A stretch of DNA of 64,000 nt from Methylotenera sp. (lineage in GTDB: Bacteria > Pseudomonadota > Gammaproteobacteria > Burkholderiales > Methylophilaceae), in the NCBI GenBank assembly GCA_040079935.1, contig JBEBJI010000006.1, positions 17,077 to 81,076 of the forward strand, given 5' to 3'. The notes beneath the pieces were generated by a model. The model did no database searches, had not been told where the DNA came from, and worked only from the letters and a program-made list of their open reading frames with translations. Within the stretch, counting starts at the first letter, position 1; each line of letters opens with the position of its first letter. This document shows positions 30,056 to 41,160 of the stretch, in pieces. The position numbers and the translations under genes are program-made.

Positions 30056-31501
30056 TTAACGCCAATCTGTTTGACCAAAACCATCATGACCTAAAAATGT
30101 ATAGTAGATGCCTAGCGTGCCCGTTGACTGTTTTCTATCGCCAAGTTCGGGGAACGTCGCATCACGCTGATTCCACTGGTATTTAAACGAAACTGCGTGT
30201 TTTTCAAAGACGCGGTAAGTGAAGGCAATATCCGCCCGAACGATATTGTCATGCCCGCTACTGTGTGCGTTATCGACATCACTGACAAAATATTCGCGAC
30301 CAGTGATATCAATAGAAGCTTGTTTACCGTAAATAACACGCAAAGCGGCCAAGGCTTGTGGCGCCAAGCCGTAATGATAATCGCGTTCTGTCTTTCCATT
30401 ATTGGTGCCAACCGCAGCGTACCCTAGGCCTGCCATTATCGAGCTTTGTAGTGCAACAGATTCGCTTAACCATAATTGACCAGTGGTGCCGAGTGACAAG
30501 GCCGTGGTGGAAATGCGGAAAGTTTGTGGAGAAATATAGTCATAACTACCATATAAACCCCACAGCCCTCGATAGCTTTCCCCTACTTGATAATCGGTTC
30601 CATAAAGCAGACCACGGGTCATCACATTTTCGAACACATTGGCGCTTGAAGCTGTGCTTTGAAACACGAAATAATCGAAGGGTCTTGTATATGAGTAACC
30701 AGGTTTACCTGGCAGACCATAGCCAAGTAAAAAATCTAATTGCACATCATTTTTCTTGATCTCGTCAGCCGTACCTGGGTTGCCACTAATGGTATTACTG
30801 AGGCCGAACTGTAGGCGACTGTAATAGCTTGCATCATTACTCGCAAAAACTGAATCGAACCTATCGCCAAATGCATGACGGTTAAATCCTGCTGCTGGTG
30901 AGATTAATGCCGCACTTGTCTCACGCCAAAGACCTGGCTTGCTGCCACCTTTTTCCAGTACAAGGCTCGACATTCTAAATAGTGCTTCACCAAGGAACGT
31001 ACCACCAATACCAGTTGAAATCATATCGTTTTTAGAGGGCGGTACTTTTTCGCCAGCAATTTCCCAAAAGGCACTGCCTGCTAAAGTATAACCTAACGAT
31101 TCCCAATAATTGAGGCCAGCTGACCTCGCAAAACCATGATAAATAGAACCCTGATATGGATGACCTAGCTGATTAATATTGAAGGGATCACGGTCGTCAT
31201 TCCAACTACTAGTAAGGTTGCGCCTAATACTAGTTAGGTTTGAATCGTAATCTGAAATGCCACTGTAGCGACGATTAAACTGATTTAAAAGAAAATCAAA
31301 TCCAATAATTTCAACTGCTGGAATCAGATAACTTTTATTGGCTTGCGTATCAACTGAAAAGTCTACGTCAGTATTGCCTGCCGTTGATTCTGTTGAAGAT
31401 TTGGCAACTACTGCAGATTCATCGGCAAATGTCGAGGTGGTTGTAGTGGCAAATAATGTGACTAAAACATTGATGACAGCAATTTTTATCAGGCTAGGCA
31501 T
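30056..31501 (-). CDS. DUF3943-like exported/outer-membrane protein
   Basis: Signal peptide; WNDDRDPFNINQLGHPYQGSIY...SAFWEIAGE...PSKND. Confidence 0.7.
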   Translation of the reverse strand: MPSLIKIAVINVLVTLFATTTTSTFADESAVVAKSSTESTAGNTDVDFSVDTQANKSYLIPAVEIIGFDFLLNQFNRRYSGISDYDSNLTSIRRNLTSSWNDDRDPFNINQLGHPYQGSIYHGFARSAGLNYWESLGYTLAGSAFWEIAGEKVPPSKNDMISTGIGGTFLGEALFRMSSLVLEKGGSKPGLWRETSAALISPAAGFNRHAFGDRFDSVFASNDASYYSRLQFGLSNTISGNPGTADEIKKNDVQLDFLLGYGLPGKPGYSYTRPFDYFVFQSTASSANVFENVMTRGLLYGTDYQVGESYRGLWGLYGSYDYISPQTFRISTTALSLGTTGQLWLSESVALQSSIMAGLGYAAVGTNNGKTERDYHYGLAPQALAALRVIYGKQASIDITGREYFVSDVDNAHSSGHDNIVRADIAFTYRVFEKHAVSFKYQWNQRDATFPELGDRKQSTGTLGIYYTFLGHDGFGQTDWR

Positions 31502-31717
31502 TGTTGTCTATGGATCCAATGGTTGATATCGCCGAGCTTGATTTTCATAATCTTAGCTTTCTTGCGAAGGTTAGCCATCATTCCATTTCATTCGGGGATA
31601 GTCTGTACGCTGACACACATAGGCGACAAGCCAACTTTTAGTGAGCTAACTAAAGGGAAATAAAGATTTTAGTGCGCTTATTTCTTGTAAGAATCAACAC
31701 TGAAACTACAAAAATAG

Positions 31718-31756
31718 ATGCTCTGTAACCCAATATCCATGCGGGTTGCAGAGCAT
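31718..31756 (-). repeat. 39-bp palindromic repeat, best-formed intergenic copy
   Basis: ATGCTCTGTAACCC AATATCCATGC GGGTTGCAGAGCAT; arms 13/14 complementary; 20 bp past the pntB stop. Confidence 0.93.
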
Positions 31757-31775
31757 GTTATGGAATGATTTTAAA

Positions 31776-33146
31776 TTAATCGATTGCTTTTACAATCGCT
31801 TCAACCACATGTTTCGCATCGCCAAACACCATCATAGTTTTATCGAGGTAAAACAGCTCATTATCAAGCCCAGCATAGCCCGCGGCCATGCTGCGTTTAT
31901 TCACAATAATCGTTTTTGCTTTGTATGCCTCTAAAATCGGCATGCCGTAAATGGAGCTGCCAGTTTTTTTTGCGGCGGGGTTCACCACATCGTTCGCGCC
32001 AATCACAAACACTACGTCTGTCTGGCCAAATTCATTGTTCACATCTTCCATCTCCACCACTTGCTCGTAAGGTACGTCGGCTTCGGCTAAAAGCACGTTC
32101 ATATGCCCTGGCATGCGCCCTGCGACTGGGTGAATGGCATATTTCACATTCACCCCTTTGGCGATTAATTTGGTGGTGAGCTCTTGCAAAGCATGCTGTG
32201 CGCGAGATACCGCCAAGCCATAGCCTGGCACAATGATTACCGTATCTGCATTGCCCATTAAAAACGCGACATCGTCTGCCGAGCCTGATTTCACGGCTTT
32301 TTGTTCACCGCCAGCGTCGCCCACCGCCACTTCAGCGCCAAATCCGCCGAGCATGACGGCGATAATCGAGCGGTTCATGGCCTTGCACATAATATAAGAC
32401 AAAATCGCACCAGACGAACCTACGCAAGCGCCAGCGATAATTAGCACCGAATTATTGAGCGTAAAGCCAATGCCCGCCGCCGCCCAACCAGAATAACTAT
32501 TAAGCATGGAAACCACCACCGGCATATCCGCCCCACCAATGGGGATGATGAGCGTTATGCCTAGCACTAGCGCTAAGCCGCACATAATTAAAAATGCGGT
32601 TTGGCTACTTTGTAAATAGAACAAAATACCAAAACCTAGCATGAGCAAGGCGAGCACAAGATTTAACAAATGCTGACCTTTAAAAATGGCGGGCTTGGAG
32701 CCAAATTTGCCTGAAAGTTTGCCGAAAGCGACTACAGAAGCAGTAAACGTAATCGCACCAATAAACGCACCGATAAAGAGCTCAACACGTTGAACACTTG
32801 TGTGGCTTTCTGCAGTGTTAAATACTGCAGCAATAGCGATTAGCACCGCCGATAAGCCCACAAACGAGTGCATCAGCGCTACCAGCTCGGGCATTTTGGT
32901 CATCTGCACGCGTTTTGCAGCCAGTGTGCCGACAATTGCCCCTAACACAATCGCGCCCGTAATTAGCGGAACAATCAGGTTATGCCCAACAAAAAATGTA
33001 GTTGCCACGGCAATTGCCATACCGACCATACCCAGCGCATTGCCCAAGCGCGCGCTGGTAGGAGAAGCTAACCCTTTGAGTGAAAAAATGAATAAAATCG
33101 CAGAGATTAAATATGCAGCTGTCGTGAAATTAGGGTTAACGGTCAT
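31776..33146 (-). CDS. pntB: NAD(P) transhydrogenase beta subunit
   Basis: MPELVALMHSFVG, GGADMPV, HPVAGRMPGHMNVLLAEA, GANDVVNP. Confidence 0.97.
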   Translation of the reverse strand: MTVNPNFTTAAYLISAILFIFSLKGLASPTSARLGNALGMVGMAIAVATTFFVGHNLIVPLITGAIVLGAIVGTLAAKRVQMTKMPELVALMHSFVGLSAVLIAIAAVFNTAESHTSVQRVELFIGAFIGAITFTASVVAFGKLSGKFGSKPAIFKGQHLLNLVLALLMLGFGILFYLQSSQTAFLIMCGLALVLGITLIIPIGGADMPVVVSMLNSYSGWAAAGIGFTLNNSVLIIAGACVGSSGAILSYIMCKAMNRSIIAVMLGGFGAEVAVGDAGGEQKAVKSGSADDVAFLMGNADTVIIVPGYGLAVSRAQHALQELTTKLIAKGVNVKYAIHPVAGRMPGHMNVLLAEADVPYEQVVEMEDVNNEFGQTDVVFVIGANDVVNPAAKKTGSSIYGMPILEAYKAKTIIVNKRSMAAGYAGLDNELFYLDKTMMVFGDAKHVVEAIVKAID

Positions 33147-33466
33147 TAGTGGCTGACCTCTTTAACTTTAGCTTCTTTCTTTTTAAACATCTCCAGCATT
33201 CTGCGCGTCACCATAAAACCGCCGAAAATATTAATCGACGTTAAAAACACCGCAATTGCGCCTAAAATACTAGTTAGATTTAATGTGTTGCTGTCAATAT
33301 TCACCGTTTGCAGCATCGCGCCGACAATCACAATGCCCGAAATTGCGTTGGTAACAGACATCAGCGGCGTATGTAATGCGGGTGTCACCGTCCAAACCAC
33401 GTGGTAACCGACAAAAATGGCTAATACGAAAATAGTGATATTTTGCATGGTGAGTAAGTCAGTCAT
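33146..33466 (-). CDS. pntA: NAD(P) transhydrogenase alpha subunit, membrane part (PntAb)
   Basis: [30 protein letters not shown]. Confidence 0.95.
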   Translation of the reverse strand: MTDLLTMQNITIFVLAIFVGYHVVWTVTPALHTPLMSVTNAISGIVIVGAMLQTVNIDSNTLNLTSILGAIAVFLTSINIFGGFMVTRRMLEMFKKKEAKVKEVSH

Positions 33467-33492
33467 CGCTTCTTCCCTATTTCTTCTGTTGT

Positions 33493-34617
33493 CTATTTGT
33501 TAATAACTTGACCGTCTTTGCACATCAAACTGGCGGTCACTAATTCGTCATCGGATGGAATGTTAAATTTGCCATCTCGAACTAATAGCTTCAAAAACTC
33601 CAAAATATTGCGTGCATAAAATGCGGAAGCATCCGCTGCTACCAAACTGGGCAAATTGGTATAGCCGACAATCGTCACACCGTGTTTATTCACTACTTTA
33701 TTCGCTTCTGTCAGCGGACAATTGCCTGCGCCCGTTTTGCTTGTGCCTGCCGCCATGTCGATAATCACCGAGCCTGGCTTCATCAAAGCAATCGTTTCAG
33801 CATGAATTAAAGTGGGTGGCTCACGGCCAGGAATGAGTGCAGAAGAAATCACAATATCAGCCTCAGCAGCGCGCTGGGCAACGAGTGCAGCCTGGCGCTG
33901 CATCCAAGAAGTGGGCATGGGTCGCGCGTATCCGCCCACGCCAGTCGCGCATTCTTTTTCTTCTTCGCTTTCATAAGGCACGTCCAAAAACTTAGCGCCT
34001 AATGATTCAATTTGTTCTTTCACCGCTGGCCGCACGTCGGAGGCTTCGACCACAGCACCTAATCTTTTGGCCGTAGCGATCGCCTGCAAGCCTGCAACCC
34101 CTGCTCCAAGAACCAGTACCCGCGCGGCTTTCACCGTGCCTGCAGAAGTCATTAACATCGGCATAAAACGTTGATAAAAATGGCTGCCGAGTAGCACCGC
34201 CTTGTAACCCGCCACATTGGCTTGTGATGACAACACGTCCATACTTTGTGCACGGCTATTCCGCGGCAAAGCTTCAAGTGAGAATGCTGTCAAACCTTGA
34301 TCTGCCATCGCTTTAAGTTGCGTTTGGTTAAATGGCTCGAGCAGGCCGATTAATACGGTGTCTGCCTGCATCGCCTTTATTTCTGAGGCTTCTGGCGCAC
34401 GTACTTTTAAAATTACATCAGCTTTAAATATCTCTTTAGCAGAAACAAGCTCTGCACCAGCGGTTTTGTATGCTTCGTCGGTAATACTGGCGAGCTCACC
34501 AGCGCCTTTTTGCACCAAGACTTGGCAACCCAAAGCGATGATTTTCTTAATGGTTTCTGGCGTCGCTGCCACGCGACATTCATGCTCTTTAATTTCGGTA
34601 GGAACGCCTATTTTCAT
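33493..34617 (-). CDS. pntA: NAD(P) transhydrogenase alpha subunit, NAD-binding part (PntAa)
   Basis: [36 protein letters not shown]. Confidence 0.95.
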   Translation of the reverse strand: MKIGVPTEIKEHECRVAATPETIKKIIALGCQVLVQKGAGELASITDEAYKTAGAELVSAKEIFKADVILKVRAPEASEIKAMQADTVLIGLLEPFNQTQLKAMADQGLTAFSLEALPRNSRAQSMDVLSSQANVAGYKAVLLGSHFYQRFMPMLMTSAGTVKAARVLVLGAGVAGLQAIATAKRLGAVVEASDVRPAVKEQIESLGAKFLDVPYESEEEKECATGVGGYARPMPTSWMQRQAALVAQRAAEADIVISSALIPGREPPTLIHAETIALMKPGSVIIDMAAGTSKTGAGNCPLTEANKVVNKHGVTIVGYTNLPSLVAADASAFYARNILEFLKLLVRDGKFNIPSDDELVTASLMCKDGQVINK

Positions 34618-34632
34618 TTTATGACTTGTACC

Positions 34633-35388
34633 TTATTGATTAGCCTGTTTGCAGATTTCCACGAAAGCTTTGGCGTCCAGTGAGCATCGTCCCACCAATC
34701 CGCCATCGATATCAGGCATAGCGAACAACGCTACTGCATTGTATGGATTTAAACTGCCACCGTAGAGAATGCGTACATTTTTTGCAATTTGTTTATTACA
34801 TCTGGCAACGCGGTTACGAATAAACTTATGTACCTGTTGTGCCTGATCTGGCGTAGCCGGAACATCCGTGCCAACGGCCCAAAGTGGTTCGTAAGCCAGT
34901 ACTGCCTTCTCTAATACTTCAGCGCCATAGCGCCTAATGATTGAGTCTAATTGGCGGCCAACTATATATTCCGTCCAATCTGATTCTCGCTCTTCTTTAG
35001 ACTCCCCCATGCAAAAAATAGGTGTTAATCCAGCCTCTTCTGCCGCGTTAAACCTTGTCGCAGCAGTGTCGTCGGTTTCATGAAACTGAATACGTCGTTC
35101 TGAATGACCGACAATCACATACCTACATCCGTAATCGGCTAGCATAAAAGCAGATACTGCACCTGTGAGCGCAACATTCTCATTTGCACACAGGTTTTGT
35201 GCACCCCATTGCACATTAGTTTCTTTTAACAAGGCCTGTGCTTGAGCAAGATATGGATACGGCACACAAACAACGAAATCTGCTCGATGCAAATCGCGCG
35301 TACCACTAATTAGGCTTTGCAATAAGGCCTGATTTTGTGCAATACGGCCATTCATTTTCCAATTACCCACTACAAGCTTACGTCTCAT
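34633..35388 (-). CDS. tpiA: Triosephosphate isomerase (cbb-operon copy)
   Basis: GNWKMN, VGHSERR, AYEPLWAVG, LYGGS, DGGLVG. Confidence 0.95.
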   Translation of the reverse strand: MRRKLVVGNWKMNGRIAQNQALLQSLISGTRDLHRADFVVCVPYPYLAQAQALLKETNVQWGAQNLCANENVALTGAVSAFMLADYGCRYVIVGHSERRIQFHETDDTAATRFNAAEEAGLTPIFCMGESKEERESDWTEYIVGRQLDSIIRRYGAEVLEKAVLAYEPLWAVGTDVPATPDQAQQVHKFIRNRVARCNKQIAKNVRILYGGSLNPYNAVALFAMPDIDGGLVGRCSLDAKAFVEICKQANQ

Positions 35389-35489
35389 TTTGTTATTTTA
35401 CCTTACAACTTATCTAACCACTGGAGCTAGGCATTTGTGTTCTAGCAACTATCTAAGCGATATTAGCACCACTTTGTTTGCTTTTCCGA

Positions 35490-36353
35490 TCATTTTTTAC
35501 TATCTTCCATCAGCTGTAAGACTCTAGGTGTAAAAATAAATTGCAATGCTAAGCCCATTTTCCCTCCAGGTACAACAATCGTATTTGGCCGCGTAATCAT
35601 TGAGCCATGTAGCATGCTGAGTAGATATTGAAAATCCACTCCTTTGGAATCAGCAAAACGTATGACCAAAATACTTTCGTCAGGGCTAGGTATGTCTTTA
35701 GCGATGAATGGATTAGAGGTGTCTACGGTTGGTACGCGCTGAAAATTGATATGCGTGCGCGAAAACTGTGGGCAAATATGATGGATATAATCCGGCATTC
35801 TATTCAAGATGGTATCAATTACCGCTTCCGATGAATAACCACGCATTTTTTGGTCGCGATGTAGCTTTTGTATCCATTCTAAATTGATAATTGGTACTAC
35901 GCCTACCAATAAATCCACATGTTTTGCAACGTCTGCATCAGGCCCAACATAGCCACCATGCAAGCCTTCATAAAATAAAATGTCAGATTCTGCATCCTCC
36001 CACGGGGTCATGGTGCCGGCTTTTTGAGAGTAAGGACGCCCTTCTTCATCACTGTGAACATATTTTCTTGTTTTGCATTTGCCAGTTTTGCCGAAAGTTT
36101 CAAATGTTTTGGCGAGTTCTCCCAAAATATTCGCTTCTGGGCCAAAATGGCTAAAATTTGCGCCAGACACAATGTCGCGTTGCTTTATCAGCGCGTCCAT
36201 TTCAGTGCGCTCGTAGCGATGGTATGAATCGCCCTCAATTACTGTAGCATTGATTTTTTCCCGCTTAAATATATGCTGAAAACTCTGCCTAACTGTAGTT
36301 GTTCCAGAACCAGATGAACCAGTAATTGCTATAATTGGAAATTTTTTGGACAT
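35490..36353 (-). CDS. prkB: Phosphoribulokinase (proteobacterial type)
   Basis: ITGSSGSGTT, EGDSYHRY, HFGPEAN, FYEGLHG, FQRVPTVDTSNPF; ATG at 36353. Confidence 0.95.
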   Translation of the reverse strand: MSKKFPIIAITGSSGSGTTTVRQSFQHIFKREKINATVIEGDSYHRYERTEMDALIKQRDIVSGANFSHFGPEANILGELAKTFETFGKTGKCKTRKYVHSDEEGRPYSQKAGTMTPWEDAESDILFYEGLHGGYVGPDADVAKHVDLLVGVVPIINLEWIQKLHRDQKMRGYSSEAVIDTILNRMPDYIHHICPQFSRTHINFQRVPTVDTSNPFIAKDIPSPDESILVIRFADSKGVDFQYLLSMLHGSMITRPNTIVVPGGKMGLALQFIFTPRVLQLMEDSKK

Positions 36354-36399
36354 ACTCCACCCTCTTAGCACGTTATTTATTTATGAATATTAAGGTTTT

Positions 36400-37305
36400 T
36401 TAGGTTTGCTTGGCATCAAGTCCGCCGCTAAACACGCGAGAAGCGCGAATATCGGCCTCAGTAATTAATGACAAATCTTCTGCTGTTGTTTCTTTTTTAT
36501 GCTTAATTGCGTCATTAAACAATCGGTTCGCTTGCCGCAATCTAGCACGATCTAGTGCATTTCTAATCGAACGTGCATTGGCAAAATGCGGCTGCTGTTT
36601 ACGCCTCAGAATGTAATCTTGCATGGCCTTTAGGGCAGATTTGTCCAAATCATAATGCATAGAATCCGCCATTAACTTTGTGATTTCCAGCAGCTCATTT
36701 TCATCATAATCAGGGAAATCCACATGATGCGCGATGCGCGACGACATGCCTGGGTTCGATTTAAAGAACGTGCCCATGCGGTCTTGATAACCCGCCAAAA
36801 TCACTACTAAATCATCTCTGTGGTTTTCCATGGTTTGCAATAAAATTTCGATAGACTCTTGCCCGTAATCGCGCTCATTTTCTGGCTTGTAAAGGTAATA
36901 AGCCTCATCAATAAACAGCACGCCGCCCATAGCCTTTTTAATGACTTCTTTGGTTTTTGGCGCAGTATGGCCGATATATTGCCCTACCAAGTCATCGCGC
37001 GTCACGCTCACCACATGATTCTGCCGAATGTAGCCTAAACGATGCAAAATATCAGCCATTTTAAGCGCAACTGTTGTTTTGCCTGTGCCTGGGTTGCCTG
37101 TAAAACACATGTGTAAGCTAGGTTTCGTAGCTTCAATGCCTAATTGCAGCCGCGCTTTGGTAATGAGCAAATAGGCCGCAATCTCGCGTATGCGCTGCTT
37201 CACAGGTACTAAACCGACTAAATCTTGATCAAGCTTATCCAGCACCTCATTAATGTGAGATTCTTCTAGTAGCGCTTGAATATCGATTTTGTCGGTTTTA
37301 GCCAT
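36400..37305 (-). CDS. cbbX: Red-type RuBisCO activase CbbX
   Basis: [39 protein letters not shown]. Confidence 0.97.
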   Translation of the reverse strand: MAKTDKIDIQALLEESHINEVLDKLDQDLVGLVPVKQRIREIAAYLLITKARLQLGIEATKPSLHMCFTGNPGTGKTTVALKMADILHRLGYIRQNHVVSVTRDDLVGQYIGHTAPKTKEVIKKAMGGVLFIDEAYYLYKPENERDYGQESIEILLQTMENHRDDLVVILAGYQDRMGTFFKSNPGMSSRIAHHVDFPDYDENELLEITKLMADSMHYDLDKSALKAMQDYILRRKQQPHFANARSIRNALDRARLRQANRLFNDAIKHKKETTAEDLSLITEADIRASRVFSGGLDAKQT

Positions 37306-37739
37306 TAATAACGTTCGCCTTCTGGCTTATCAGTCGCATAAGAATGAATAGTATAGCGGATGTTGCGGCCATTGGTTTCTTGACGCACCAAGCCAAATCC
37401 TGGTTCATTTTTAGGGCGGTTTACAATATAAGACATAGTCGGACTTTCCACACCACGCACCGAGCTAAAAGCCATGACGCGGATGTAATGATTGGGGAAC
37501 GTTTTGCGGCAATTGTTAATTTCCAGCAAAATGCCAGCAGGATCTTTCAAATCGAACATCGGCGCGCCGTACATCTCCCAATAAGTATTGCGCGGATGCG
37601 GATCATCGGTATATTCCACTGAAAGCGCCCAGCCTTTGCCCAGCGCATACTTAATTTGCGCAGTGATTTGCACGTCTGTTAGCGGCGGCAGAAAAGAAAA
37701 CTGCCCTTGCGTTACGATTCCATTTGGGTTGGTCATCAT
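37305..37739 (-). CDS. cbbS: RuBisCO small subunit, red type
   Basis: [27 protein letters not shown]-terminal YTIHSY hairpin extension. Confidence 0.97.
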   Translation of the reverse strand: MMTNPNGIVTQGQFSFLPPLTDVQITAQIKYALGKGWALSVEYTDDPHPRNTYWEMYGAPMFDLKDPAGILLEINNCRKTFPNHYIRVMAFSSVRGVESPTMSYIVNRPKNEPGFGLVRQETNGRNIRYTIHSYATDKPEGERY

Positions 37740-37776
37740 GGTTAAATTCTCCTTGAATTCTTAAAAGCTAGAATAT

Positions 37777-39276
<1,500 letters not shown>

Positions 39277-39330
39277 TCACCCTTCCAGTTAAAGAATAGT
39301 TTCGATACGCTACTTTATTAAACTTTAAAG

Positions 39331-39377
39331 TTAAGTTATATTAATAAATTCTTTACATAAGATTAAGCATTGCTTAA
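39331..39377. promoter_or_regulatory. CbbR (LysR) operator motifs
   Basis: TNA-N7-TNA at 39331, 39353 and 39364; the last is within the palindrome TTAAGCATTGCTTAA. Confidence 0.6.
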
Positions 39378-39417
39378 CCATGCTTATATTTATGCCAATT
39401 TTTTTGAGAAAATTTTT

Positions 39418-40338
39418 TTGAAAAACCTTACTTTGCGTCAAATCAGAATATTTATAAGTGCAGCAAAGCACTTAAGCTTTACCCGCGCGGCAGAAGAATT
39501 GCACATTTCAGCACCCGCTATTTCCTTGCAAATCAAGGAGATGGAAGAAGATATTGGCGTGAGTTTATTCACGCGCGAAAACCGAAAAGTCGCACTGACA
39601 TCTGCAGGCGAATATTTTTTACTTTATGCGCGCCGAGTTTCTAGCACACTCAACGAAGCCAATACCATGATGGAGCGCTTTCGCGGCACGCAATTTAGGC
39701 ACTTAAAAATTGGCGTGGTGAGCACGGCGAAGTATTTTTTACCGCATTTGTTGGTGGAATTTAAAAAAGATTACCCTAACTTGCAAATTAAAATTGAAGC
39801 GCGTAACCGCCAACAATTAGTAGAATTGCTACGCGATGGCGAGATTGACATCGCAATTATGGGCTTGCCGCCTAAGGAAATTGACACTCGAGTTGAATCG
39901 TTTGCTAACCACCCGCACGTATTTATTGCCAGTCCAAACAACCTGCTGGCGAACAAGCTCAACATTCCGCCAGATGCGCTCACGCAATATGAAATGATTA
40001 CGCGTGAACCTGGCTCTGGTACGCGCGCGATCATGGAAAAATACTTTGCCGAGCATGGTATTGCGCCGATTGTTAGCATGGAAATGTCCAGTAACGAGAC
40101 GATTAAACAAGCGGTAATGGCTGATTTGGGCATCTCTTTCGTGTCTTTGCACACCATCGGCAGCGAGCTTGCAACTAAGCAAATCGCTATTTTGGATATT
40201 CAAGATACGCCCATCATCCGCACCTGGCATGTGGTTGCGCTGAATAAACGCAACGCAAGTCAAGCGGCAGAAGCGTTTAGATATTTTGTACTAGAAAAAG
40301 GTGGGGAGATTTTAACCAGCATGTTTGCTGAAATTTAG
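39418..40338 (+). CDS. cbbR: LysR regulator CbbR
   Basis: LTLRQ...SFTRAAEELH HTH, REPGSGTR, SNETIKQAVMA; divergent from cbbL; TTG start at 39418 assumed. Confidence 0.92.
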   Translation: MKNLTLRQIRIFISAAKHLSFTRAAEELHISAPAISLQIKEMEEDIGVSLFTRENRKVALTSAGEYFLLYARRVSSTLNEANTMMERFRGTQFRHLKIGVVSTAKYFLPHLLVEFKKDYPNLQIKIEARNRQQLVELLRDGEIDIAIMGLPPKEIDTRVESFANHPHVFIASPNNLLANKLNIPPDALTQYEMITREPGSGTRAIMEKYFAEHGIAPIVSMEMSSNETIKQAVMADLGISFVSLHTIGSELATKQIAILDIQDTPIIRTWHVVALNKRNASQAAEAFRYFVLEKGGEILTSMFAEI

Positions 40339-40382
40339 CACGCTTCCATTACAATATTGTTCAAACTCAATTAGGACTTTAC

Positions 40383-41039
40383 ATGCAAACCACTATCGGT
40401 TTTTTTAAGCGCTATCCCTTCGCCATGCTGCTTTGCGTGCAATTGTTAAGCGTTTTATTTTACGGCTTTATGACCGATTCAAAAACCAGTCATCTCATTT
40501 TTAATTGCTTGGGTTTAATCGTACCTATTTTAGCTGTGTGGACAGTTTATCGCTCGCCCGCCACCAACTGGATTGGCTTTGTATTAGTCACCGCGTCTAT
40601 CAGCACCTCGCTGCTCGCCTTATTCGGCGGGCAATCTCAATTACTCGTTTGGGCGCACGCATTCGAAAGTCTGCTGTATTTTTACGCTGCCATCAGCTTG
40701 GTGATGTACATGTTCAAAGATGACATTGTGACTTTAGATGAGCTTTATGCGGCAGGTGCAACATTTACCTTGTTAGTTTGGGGCTTCGCGCTGGTGTATT
40801 CCGTTTGCCAGCAAATTTACCCAAACAGCATTATTGGCGGCGCGCCTGCCACGCAACTTCGCAGCTGGATAGAATTGCTATTTTTTAGCTTTAGCGTGCA
40901 ATCTGGCACTGGGCTGAGCGATTTATTACCTGTCAGCCCGCAATCGCGCGCCATTGCATCGCTACAAATGTTCAGCGGCGTGATGTACATTACCATTGTG
41001 GTTTCGCACTTAGTCGGCTTGGCCGCACACAAAAAATAA
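40383..41039 (+). CDS. Ion-channel-family (Ion_trans_2-like) membrane protein
   Basis: Multiple TM helices, FFSFSVQSGTGLSDLLP pore-like segment with non-canonical filter. Confidence 0.7.
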   Translation: MQTTIGFFKRYPFAMLLCVQLLSVLFYGFMTDSKTSHLIFNCLGLIVPILAVWTVYRSPATNWIGFVLVTASISTSLLALFGGQSQLLVWAHAFESLLYFYAAISLVMYMFKDDIVTLDELYAAGATFTLLVWGFALVYSVCQQIYPNSIIGGAPATQLRSWIELLFFSFSVQSGTGLSDLLPVSPQSRAIASLQMFSGVMYITIVVSHLVGLAAHKK

Positions 41040-41100
41040 GTAGGACTTGCTGCGAGCAAAAAAGCAAAATAGTTAAAATGCTTTTAATTACTAAAAATAC

Positions 41101-41139
41101 ATGCCCTGCAAGGCGTATGGATATTGGCTTGCAGAGCAC
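41101..41139 (+). repeat. 39-bp palindromic repeat, intergenic copy between convergent genes
   Basis: ATGCCCTGCAAGGC GTATGGATATT GGCTTGCAGAGCAC. Confidence 0.92.
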
Positions 41140-41160
41140 TTTTTTTAAAGCCTAAGTTGC

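Noticed and set aside
33146-34617. Split pntA as gene damage
   Set aside because: The three-gene PntAa/PntAb/PntB arrangement is a normal variant.
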